From NCBI GenBank assembly GCA_965240325.2, contig OZ251230.1, forward strand, positions 1,736,001 through 1,800,000: a DNA stretch of 64,000 bases. The letters are read 5' to 3'. The position numbers and the translations under genes are program-made. Positions 54,110-64,000 of this stretch are shown in pieces. Numbering within the stretch: the stretch's first letter is position 1; each line of letters begins with the position of its first letter. The notes under the pieces were generated by a model. It did no database searches and had not been told where the DNA came from. It worked only from the letters and a program-made list of their open reading frames with translations. This DNA is from Rebecca billardiae RCC1528. Its lineage: Eukaryota > Protista > Haptophyta.

Positions 54110-54518
54110 CCGCGTGGCCGGCCTTGCTAGTACTTAGTCACTAGCCGTTAGTAGAGGAAGTTCTAGTCTGTAGCTTGCCCGACTGAGAAGAATCCGGGAG
54201 CCGCCGATTCAGTCTTTCACTCATTTCAGACGGCGGTGCCGTGAGTGTAAGACGGTAAACGCCGAGGCAGGCACTGGCAGTGCCAGTCCGGGACGACGAG
54301 TCCGCCTATACCGACTACTACCGTAGTATTCTCGAAATCTGAGTCGGCACCGCTGCATCGTCAGGTCCCGAGGTCGAGGAGCTTGGCTGGGCGCCCGGCT
54401 GACACTGATAACTTCAAGAGTTAGTTAGTTAGATTAATAGATCGCGCTGCCTATTACCCCATGCCGCTTCATGTCGGAGCATGACTGCATGTCCGCTCAG
54501 ACGTATAAGCTAGCAGCC

Positions 54519-54714
<196 letters not shown>

Positions 54715-55538
54715 GCCAGATGTATGTATGTATGTATATATATATGTCTAGCCGTCCTCGAAGCGCCTGCGCCATCCAGATGCAGCTTGGAAGATGCAGC
54801 TCGAGAGCCGCCAAGCCGCACGAGAGCGAGGCACGAGGCACCATCGTGCAGAGGCGGGCGCCCTGAAAGATGCAGGCCCAGAACAGCTGCAGCCATCAGG
54901 ACAGTGGGCGCTTCCGAAACGAAGGGCGTCGTCCGCTGCGTGAGCGAGAGAGACACAGGGCCGCGTCGGTCGGCTCGGCGCCAGATGAAAGAATCCAGGC
55001 CACCAATTGGCTGTCCAGAGCCACCATGCCAACCCGCTCAAAGCTCAGGAGCAGCACAACGAGTTAGCTAGTTCTGGGCCGTTGTGCGTGAGCACAGAGC
55101 AGGCTCGAAAGACCCTCGTGGCACGAGAAGAGGGTGGCCAAGATGGCAGCCGGACTTGCGCTCGGCCGCCTGCCTCGGGCCGATTGGCAGGCAGGTGTTG
55201 ATACCATACGGCGCATTGCGCTCCCACCGTCCTCTTAGACAATCAGTTATTGTGCCAATAACCCCACATATATACAGAGAGGGGCACTGGGGCAGGGCTG
55301 CGGGGCCCCCGAGTGCGGGTGGCGCATTGCCTGACCTGGACCTTGGAAGGCGCGGACGCATTCTATGTGTCTGCTGCACTCTGAGCCTGACGCTTTCAGC
55401 CTGTTGCACTTGTACAGCAGAGTAATCCGCACTGAGAATACTGTCGTCGTCGTTATATTATATATATATATATATATATCTGATTCAGTCATGTAACACC
55501 GAGTTTATTGACGGACGACGTCCCGGCCGCCGTGAGAC

Positions 55539-55667
55539 GGCCTGGCCGGCGGCCCGCCTGGCGCCGGCTGGCGGCGGCAGGCCTGGCCGGCGGCCCGCCT
55601 GGCGCCGGCTGGCGGCGGCAGGCCTGGCCGGCGGCCCGCCTGGCACCGGCGGCGGCTGGCGGCGGCA
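55539..55667. repeat. 41-bp GC-rich tandem repeat, 3 copies
   Basis: GGCCTGGCCGGCGGCCCGCCTGGCGCCGGCTGGCGGCGGCA starting at 55539, 55580 and 55621. Confidence 0.9.
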
Positions 55668-55730
55668 GCCGGAGTCGCAGGCCACGGCCATCGCCCGTCC
55701 GCATCGATATCGGATGCGTGGTTATCGTCA

Positions 55731-57797
55731 TGGCCCGCGGTGCAGGGCGGAGCGCGCAGCGTGGAGCCCGCACCAGCGGGCCCGAACCACGTTTCAAAAA
55801 GATCTTTGATCAAGAAAAAAGGGACGGGGGGCGATTTTTAGGGCTGGCGGAGACCGAGTTTCGAGTTTTTGAGATCGCATAGAGAGGTCTATTAGGCCGA
55901 AAATAAGCGCGTCCAGCTGATTCCCTTAAGTAAAGTGCGATCTGGACGTCAGCTGGACGTGACATTAGTGTAACGGTTCGTTACGAGCGCGATTTTAAGT
56001 ATGAGATTGCCGCCAACCGCCAACCGATAAAAACGGCAAGGCAAGGGCTCGGGAAACTTGATCACTTGTAAATGTGAATAGTAAAATGCTCTCCCCGAGC
56101 GCGCCTGTCGCCTCGCAGGCGCACGGGAAACTTGATCACTTGTAAATGTGAATGGTAAAATGCTCTCCCCGAGCGCGCCTGTCGCCTCGCAGGCCGCGCG
56201 TCTCGCCCTCTCCTCGCTCCGCTCTCCCCGAGGCTGAGCTCGCGGCCCGCCTGTCACCTCGCAGGCGCGCGCCACGGACACATGCGCGACGAGATCGCGG
56301 CGGGGGCGGCGAGATCGCGGCGGGGGCGACGGGCAACAACCTGCCCGCGGGCGCGTTCGTCACTCGAGGAGCAGCGCGCAAGGGCGAGCCGAGTCCGGAG
56401 CACGCGAGCTCGTCGCTCGCCGACCGGAGCAGAGCGCGCCGCCCGCCGCCGCCGAGCGAGCGGCGCGGCAGAGCTGATGAGCCGGATGCGCCCGGAGCTC
56501 GCGCGGCTGAAGGGCGAGCTCGAGCACGCGAGCTCGCGCCTCGACGCCGAGCCCGAGCTCCTCCTCAACTCAGTCGACGGCGGCCCGGAGCAGAGCGCGC
56601 CGCTGCGAGCGAGCGGGCAGCGCGGCAGAGCTGATGAGCCGGATGCGCCCGGAGCTCGCGCGGCTGAAGGGCGAGCTCGAGCACGCGAGCTCGCGCCTCG
56701 ACGCCGAGCGCGAGCTCCTCCTCAACTCGGTCGACGGCGGCGCGGAGGTGCAGCAGCGTGAGGACGAGCAGGAGCATCAGTGAAATGCGCGCCGGTTCCG
56801 GGTCGCGCAGCGGCGCCCAGCTGCCTGCCACGCGAGCGGCGGCCACGTGGCGCGAGGAGGCTGCGTGGGGAAATCGCCGCGCGCGTCGACGCGGCGATCA
56901 CCGGGCTGCAGGCCTCGGCAATCGACGCGGTGCGCACCCTCGCCGCCAGCCGCGACGACTCCGCCGTCGAGCTGCAGCAGCTGCGCGCGCAGATGCCAGA
57001 AGTGCCGATGGGCGGCGGCGTATCAGCAGGCTGACGTGCACGAGCACGTGACACGCGGAGGCGCTAGGCGCCAAGCTGGCGAAGTGCGGCGCCGAGCTCG
57101 ACGAGCTGAGCGACGCGGCAACGGACGCGCTGGGCGCCCGCGCCGCCATCGTCGCGGCGCCCTCCAGCAGCTCGAGCAGCTGTGGATAGTTGGCCGTCGA
57201 GGCGACCGCGGGTGTGACTCACAGTGTGAGTGAGCCGGCGCGCGGCTCAGCCTGCCGCTGGCAGCCGCCGTCTTCGAGGCCGACGCGGCGGAGGAGGCGG
57301 CGGGCGAGCACGGCGGCGCGGTGGAGCAGGCGCGCACGCGCGGCGGCAGGCGCGACGCGCCGCTCGCCTCGTTCCACCGCCCCGAGCTCCGCTCGGTCGG
57401 TCTCGGTGCGAGGCTGCGCAGCCGGCAGGCCGGGGCCAGCAGTGGCGCGCGCTCTCGCTCTGCCGGCACGAGCGACCAGCGGCCCGTCGTCGAGCGCATG
57501 GCGCAGGGCGAGTACCTCAAGCAGGTGCGCCCGCTCGCGCGCACGCGCTGGCTCGCGCCGCGCCAGCGCCTCTCGTCCTGCCTGCGCGCGCGCGCCGGCC
57601 GCTAGTCCCCGCGGCGGCCCGCGGACCCGCGGCGACAGTCCTCGGCCCGCCGGCCCGGTGGGCGGCAGTGACTGAGTTGGCGGTGGCAGCTCAGGCGAAC
57701 TGTTACACATGTCAGACTGACACAGCAGCCGACGGAGGGTGCGCCGCGGGCCCCGAACTACGTTCGTTCTACGGAAAAAGACCGCGGAACGCGGTCA
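55731..57797 (+). mobile_element. Asymmetric-TIR/hairpin element, family 1 copy D
   Basis: Canonical left end; right end TGCGCCGCGGGCC-CCGAACTACGTTCGTTCTACGGAAAAA-GACCGCG GAA CGCGGTC-A; internal duplications of about 75 bp and about 157 bp. Confidence 0.88.
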
Positions 57798-59860
57798 TAT
57801 TCTTTTTTTTAATAGTAGTACGCACGTACTACGACTATCGATCACAGTGTATATCTCCCGCCTACTTACAGCGTGCATTGATAGTATACTGCTGATTGAT
57901 ATGTCAGGTAGAAGCTGAAGCGACGCGGTGCGTGGTTGACCGTTTAGGCGGTTGCTCGAGGTCTCGTGGTCGTCCGCGCTTCGCGGGTGGGTTGCTCGCC
58001 CGCGATGGCTTATTCAATATTAATATAAGCTAGCAGCAGTAATTCACTCCGTTAAGTCAAACTGCTGTAACTAGTGACTATCAACGTAATATATAAATTA
58101 AAAGCGGAGCGCTGATGTTTAACGGTGGGCCGAGCCGTGCGCACCGGGACCGGCTGAGCCGCAACCGCCCGCGCCAGATGTGAGATGCCAGATGGGGCCG
58201 GGACCATTGTTGAACTGGGTGGGTATCCCAGTGCCGGAATCCGGGAGTCGCCTCGAATGCCGACGGTACGTAATTTTACCACGACGACTCGATAACGGGC
58301 ACGAGCACTCTCGTAACGGTCGTCATCATCGTCAGCCCATCGGAGTAGCCCGGGCAGTACGTAGACCAATTAAAATTTGCTCGGCAGCAGGCGGCAGTCC
58401 CGCGGTCCTGCGTCCCGTGCCGTGCCACGAATCAGGCCGGGTTACTAGGGTAGTGAGTCTGGCACGGAGTGGTGTGCCACCGAATCGCCAATCGCAATCG
58501 GGCATCGGCGAATGGCGTGCCCCGGCCCGGCACTTAGCAGCTAACGACTCAGGGACGTCATAAATAATCGGACGACCATGCATGTCACTGGTCGACTCTC
58601 ATCATACTATTCATAGCGTGCGCGGATGGTGCTCAGAGGCCGGTGTCGCGATCGAACAGCTCCGCACGCACGTTGGCAGCCACCAGCATCTCTCGAAAGG
58701 CTGGTCGTCGGTATTATTGCGCGTCCGGCGACCTGCTGGAGTGCGGTGAGTGAGTGCGGTCGGCTAGGCCTGACCGACACGATCTACATCGAGCGCGCTC
58801 CAGCCCCTCAAAGGGTGCCTCTCGTCGGAAGCCTCTCACGGCTTGCGCGTGTGCTGCTCGAGGAGTGTCGCGAACAGCTCCGCCCGCACGTCGAGAGCCG
58901 CCCGCACCGTCTCGAAAAGCTGGTAGCGCGTCTCCGTGTCGAGCCCGACCGACGCAATAGCACGCTCGAGCCCCTCAAAGTGCCCGTCGTCACACCCGAT
59001 GTGGAGCGGGAAGAAAGAACTGTCACGCGGCGACAGCTGCGTGAACTTCTGGATGGCCTTGAAGGTGAAGGTGTTCATGCGGGGGGCGATGAGCTCGTTC
59101 TGGTAGGCGAGGACCGCCATCGCCACGGCGGCTGGGCTCTTCTCGAGCAGCTCGATGACGGTCTTGCTCAGCTTGGTGCCAGGGCCATCAGCGGGCGCCA
59201 ACTCCGGCATGGTGACCCCGGCCTCATTTGCGAGTGCCTGCTTGTAGCGGATGAAGAGATCCTTGTGGTGGACGCCTTGCACCCACTCGGCCTCGATGCC
59301 CTCCTCTGCCATCGAGGCCAGCATCTCGTCGTCGTACTCGCCGCACTCCTCGCGCCGATTGATGTCAACCGCGGTGTACGCCTCTGAGCCGACGTCCAGC
59401 TTGGCCTGGATCATCTCGACCATGCGGACAAAGTGGCGCGAGTAGGCGGAATACTCGGTGGCATAATTCAGCAGGGCGGAGGCCATCGGCACGGCGATCT
59501 TGTTGTCCGCGAGTGCGTGGAAGTACGGGTGCTCGGCCGCCGGGTGCGCGAGGGCAAACTCACGTACGGCGGCGAGGAAATCCAGCGGGCTCGTCTTCTC
59601 CGTGTCGAAGAGCGTCTGGTTCAGGCCCTCGGCCTTCCCACCGTTGAGCTTCTCTGCGGGGGTGCTGAACTCGATGGGCGTCATCGTCGCCTCGGCGTGC
59701 GGCATGTCGACGGGTCACGTGGTGGACCCGGGCGTGGTGGATGGGTGCGCACCCACCCGCTTTGCAGGGTTGGGGTGCGCCAACCGAAGGCGCGCCGAAG
59801 AAATCCGGCGCGTATCTCATAATCAGTGTGGGATGGGATGGGATCTGTCTGGGTCGTTAT
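57798..59860. repeat. Segmental duplicate of about 46864-50736 (minus the TIR insertion), carrying the HDO gene
   Basis: Collinear near-identical sequence; homology stops at GGGTCGTTAT (50736/59860). Confidence 0.95.
58836..59705 (-). CDS. Heme-oxygenase-like diiron oxidase, copy 2
   Basis: Intact 289-aa ORF that differs from copy 1 only at D22G and D80N. Confidence 0.82.
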   Translation of the reverse strand: MPHAEATMTPIEFSTPAEKLNGGKAEGLNQTLFDTEKTSPLDFLAAVREFALAHPAAEHPYFHALADNKIAVPMASALLNYATEYSAYSRHFVRMVEMIQAKLDVGSEAYTAVDINRREECGEYDDEMLASMAEEGIEAEWVQGVHHKDLFIRYKQALANEAGVTMPELAPADGPGTKLSKTVIELLEKSPAAVAMAVLAYQNELIAPRMNTFTFKAIQKFTQLSPRDSSFFPLHIGCDDGHFEGLERAIASVGLDTETRYQLFETVRAALDVRAELFATLLEQHTRKP

Positions 59861-60211
59861 GGCGGGCCGTAGGTCCGCCCTTGTAGTGCCCGGGGAAAAG
59901 ATAAGAATAACTCGAGGAAAAAGATCCGCGGCCCCGGCCGTGCTACGCAAACGAATTCCGCCCTCTGATCATCAACCCACGTTCAACGTGACTGCGGCTA
60001 CTACTCTGTCTGAATGACAGTGACAGTGACCAACTTAGCAACCGGGCATCTGATGAGGAGACTGACGATGTGCCCATGCGTGACGACCAGCCGGGGTCAT
60101 CGTGCGGCGCTGAGGCCTGGCCAGACCTGTGACTCAGTGGTCACGGCACCAGTGCCACCGTGCTGACCTACCAGTACCCGCGCCCCTCACGGCCGCACGG
60201 GCGTCTGTACA

Positions 60212-60372
60212 CCACCCGTCCCAGCCCCCGACATCAAGGCTCCCTGGTATTGAAAATACCCGCAGCTATTCGTTACCAGCCCATTTCATAGTCACTGAGC
60301 TCATGACCGTCCATGGACGGTCATGAGCCCGCTGAGCCGAAGACGGGCTCACGGGCTTTCTGGGACGGGTGG
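60212..60372 (+). other. 161-bp structured repeat, copy 1 (13-bp closing inverted repeat, internal 30-bp palindrome)
   Basis: CCACCCGTCCCAG...CTGGGACGGGTGG; palindrome at 60299-60328; inverted homologue at 63767-63928. Confidence 0.8.
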
Positions 60373-61597
60373 TAGTGCGTCCGACCAGGTCGCCTCCAGC
60401 ACGAGCCGCAAGTTAAGGTGGCGCGCTCCTTCCGCTTCCCTGCCGATTCAGATTTGACACCTGGCATCAATGGTCCAGTGAGCTGCGGCTGCTGCAGCCG
60501 CAACGTGCTGGCGCGGCGAGACAGTGGACCAAGACCACTAAGCACCATGGCTTACTCGTGCAGCATCCGCAATGCGCGCGCACAAAGAGTTCAGAGCGTA
60601 ACGCAGGGCGACGCGCGCGCGCGGCGAGCGAGCCGGGCAACCACCGCCCGCCTCCACATTCAGCCCCCGCGCGCGCGGCGCGCACCATGACCATCCGCCC
60701 CAGTGCCATAGCGCGCAGCGCCTGCGCGGTCGCACCTGGGTCGTTGGACGTATGCCGTGGCGCGGGCGCGGCGCGGCGATGCCGCGCTTGCTTCTCCCGA
60801 GGGCCTGAGGCCCCCACGCGCGGCGGACTCCGCGCGCGCGCCCCGCCTAATGTGCAGCGCGCGGCGGGCGGCGCTGGCCAAGCCTGGCCACCGGAGCCTC
60901 CATGCGCCGGGCCGTTGCGCGGTGCCGCCTGGTGCGTATTCGGTCTCGTCAGATGCGTGCTCGGTCTCGTCAATCGTTACCCGCGTCGCTTGCGGCAGGC
61001 GGCCCCCCTTCTAGCGGTTCTCGAGGCCAACCATCGACGCTTAGACGCCTACGGCCGCGCGAAGCGACGGCGCCGAGCGGGCGCGCGCGCCCGGTACGAG
61101 AGGTAGACTCCCACATCGTGCCTCCACACCCCGCCCGCGCCAGCGCACCCGCCCCTGGCGCTCTTCCCGCTCGTCGGCGGCGCTCGGCACCCGAGCCGAG
61201 CCGAACGCGTGCACGGCGCACGCCGCAGCGCGGCGCGACGGGCGCGGCGCGGCGCGCTCGGAATTTTCCGGAAGAGGGCTCCGAGCGTACGGGCCGACGC
61301 GCCCACTCGCGGCGCGCTCCGCGCGCGCCCCGCCAAATGCGAGGTGACACACGAGGCGCGGGTCGAGACGCTCGGGTGCTCGGCGCGGCCGTCAAACAGG
61401 GCCCCCCCGCGAGTTGAGGAGCGTCCCCGGATTCCATTTTCCGGACTCTCCTTGATGCTACGCAAAGCCGCGGGGGCGGCCGTCCCGTCGAAACGGACGT
61501 GCCCCCCCCGCGGAAAAAGAAACAGGAAAAAGAAAACCGCCTCGCAGAGAAAAGAAAATCGCCTCGCTCACTGCCGGGTCGCTTCGCTCACTACCGG

Positions 61598-62327
61598 CTT
61601 GCAAACCAAGCCCCCCAAAACGGGATGGCGAGCACTGGGCGACGCTAGGGCCCGCCTGCGCAGCGCTCCCAAGGCCGCATGCGGGCGTGACAGCCGTGCG
61701 CGGGCATTTTGTGGGGGCTAGAAGACCCGTAGGCAGCAATCGTGCCGCCTCGTCGACGCCCTCGCCGCCCTCTCCGCGCGCAGAGACCTGCCGGATGGCA
61801 AGCGCAGTTCTGGAGAAGGCCTGTCCGACGAGCGTGATGGGCACGCGTGCGCCCCTGGGACATTCAAAGGTCGGCTTTTTCGCTTCTGCGAGATGGGCAT
61901 GGGTGTACTCAATATCACTGCTTCGCCGGCAGCCATGCCGACATCGATCAGACCGCACACACACGCTCGACAGCTGGCAGGCCAGCAACCGGTTGAAATG
62001 GCGGCGCGCGTGATCACAAGGCTGTCGGCGAGGAGACCGCAGTGCGAGCCAAAGGAGGGCGCGCAAGACATGCATCTCGGTCGTGAGGCGTGCATGAGCC
62101 ACGAGCACGGGCACGACGTGCACGGCAAAGCCCGTCATGCTCCTCGACGCGCACGCGCCGCGGCGGACGACCGAGGAGGGCGCGCGCAGGCTGGCCTTCT
62201 TGGCGGCGGCTGTCCGGGAGTGCCCGCGCACGCGCAACGCGTATTCAAAGAGCTCCCGGAAGGCATCGACTCCTAAGGGACGGTGCCTTTCGCCGCGCGA
62301 GGGGTTTTGGGGGGCTTGGTTTGCAAG
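61598..62327. mobile_element. Non-autonomous TIR DNA transposon (730 bp)
   Basis: 24-bp perfect TIR CTTGCAAACCAAGCCCCCCAAAAC flanked by the direct repeat CTACCGG (61591-61597, 62328-62334); equally parsed as a 25-bp TIR with a 5-bp TSD TACCG. Confidence 0.9.
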
Positions 62328-63766
62328 CTACCGGGCGCCCTCGCAGCTCCCACTGGGGACGCTCGGCCGAAAACCATGTGGCGCCTGGCGCGGAGCGCGT
62401 GGGCGGCGCGCGCCAAATCCAACGCTGGCGCGGACATCGCGAGAAGACTCCCGAGGGGGTTTTCGCCCGATTCGCGATTGCTGCCCTCGTCGTCTCGCGT
62501 GCAGGTCGAACGGGGGCCAAAGTCGACGCGTTTGGAGGCACGCTCGGCGCGTCGACACGATCGTGCGACCTGGGGCGGTCCTCGCCCGACTTGCACGTTG
62601 AGCGCTCGCACGAGCCATAGCATCAAGCGCTGCGCACGACAACCACCTCGCGCGATCCACCGTCGCGCGTCGGCCTCGGTGCGGAAAGGCCCTCATCACG
62701 AGGTGTCTCGCGGGCGGGAAGCGCCATCGCACGCGACGCAAGATTTGGCGCGGCCTTCTGAACACCATAACCGGAATCCACACACCGGACTGTCGCGTGC
62801 CCCGGTTGGCACGGTCGGGCGCATGCAAATCCGTTTGCTACGGTCGGTGGCGTTCCAGAGCGGGCGATCATCTTTCACGCTCGCGAGCTCGCGGCCAAAA
62901 ATCGCTCGGCGCTCGAGGGACCGCACGCACTTGCCGGGTCTGCAGCCGTGGAAGGAACCGCGTCTTGGCGAGTCGGCGACCCAGGCGACAACGCGCTATC
63001 GCCGATCCCAGACGGGCATCCGCCACGAGATGATACGCCGAGCGTGCAAGATCGCCGCGCCATCCTCGCCCATGGCACGGGCGCTGCGGGAGGAGGCCGA
63101 CGTCGTGAAGCCGGTGGCGCATGCGCTGCGCTTCCTGTGCCTGATCGAGCAGCGCGTGCCCACCCTCGATCGCGAGTGGCACACGCTCTCGCACTGCGCG
63201 CGCGTACACCGCCAACAGCTCCTGATACCGCCGAACGTGCGAGTGCCGCCCAGCTGGAGCACCTCAGCGCCGCACGGGCCTCTGCGCGCGCTGCGCACCA
63301 CACCGCGCGCGCGAGAGACACGTCGACCTGAGCATCGCCACCGCTCCTTGCGTTGAGGGCGATCACGCCATCGCCGTCACCGCCGAAGTGGCGCGACGCG
63401 GGTGCAGTCGCCGGTAGATACTATGACTAGACAGTGATCAATAAACGGTAATACGGTACGTACGATTTTAATATAAAGACCGGGCCCATTACACTGATTT
63501 CAAATAATAATAACCGTTAGAAATCAACATAGAGAGACAGAGAGACAGAGAGACAGAAATCGGTAGGATGCACTGACTTCCAGACGACCTGAACAAATGA
63601 ATCAGGACATCACACTCCGCCACAACTTGAACTGTTTTCGTGTTTAGCTCCAAGGACAAACCGTCACCGTCAGGCGCACACGGGCACGCCGCCGTCGCAC
63701 GCCAATCAGTTGGCAGTGCGTGCGCGCAGTCGAAGGCTCGGCACGATGACGAGTAGCACAGTGGGT

Positions 63767-63928
63767 CCACCCGTCCCAGAAAGCCTCTGAGCCCGTCTTC
63801 GGCTCAGCGGGCTCAAAAACTTCGCAGCGAGGTTTTTGAGCTCAGTGACTATGAAATGGACTGGCAACGAATAGCTGCGGGTATTTTTCAATACCAGGGG
63901 CCTTGATGTAGGGGGCTGGGACGGGTGG
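63767..63928 (-). other. 162-bp structured repeat, copy 2
   Basis: Reverse complement of 60212-60372 with a different, still base-paired internal hairpin (63811-63841). Confidence 0.8.
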
Positions 63929-64000
63929 CAGGAATACACGCGCAATCACACTGTCGCTGAGCTCGCATTCCAGAGTCATCTGTCGCGTTATTATTCGTCA

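Noticed and set aside
54860-54940. Hammerhead-ribozyme-like GAAACGA...TCGTC with upstream CTGAAAGA
   Set aside because: The core does not match CUGANGA, and stems I and II cannot be formed.
59860-63488. Full third-family hairpin element ending at GACCGGGCCCA
   Set aside because: The match to a subterminal inverted repeat is weak; only the 59860 terminus is reported.

Overview
Very GC-rich eukaryotic genomic DNA with short GT-AG introns (144-197 bp, donors GTGCG/GTGTG). This style suggests a Pavlova/Diacronema-like haptophyte, but that is inference only. Supported genes: 5' part of VPS34 (PI3K class III, missed by the ORF track), an SGNH hydrolase, a hybrid histidine kinase, a LisH/RanBP2-zinc-finger protein, a LisH-nucleolin, a Patched/NPC1-like transporter, a sulfotransferase, a PAN-domain-fused PILS/AEC transporter, a YdfG-like SDR, two head-to-head reeler-like/proline-stalk/DOMON/ferric-reductase genes, S-formylglutathione hydrolase, two copies of a heme-oxygenase-like diiron (CADD/BesC-type HDO) enzyme and a Bcr/CflA-type MFS exporter. 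The intergenic DNA is dense in mobile DNA. The most striking signal is at least five non-autonomous elements (1.5-2.1 kb) that share one terminal architecture: a TGG left end, an asymmetric subterminal inverted repeat and two co-varying GNA-triloop hairpins on opposite strands. They sit at A|T sites without a consistent TSD and carry variable gene-like cargo, so they look Helentron-like or like a new ssDNA/HUH-type family. Also present are three TIR elements, a 161-bp repeat whose hairpin is conserved in structure but not sequence, and duplications that diverge mainly by micro-insertions. No rRNA, tRNA or CRISPR array was seen.
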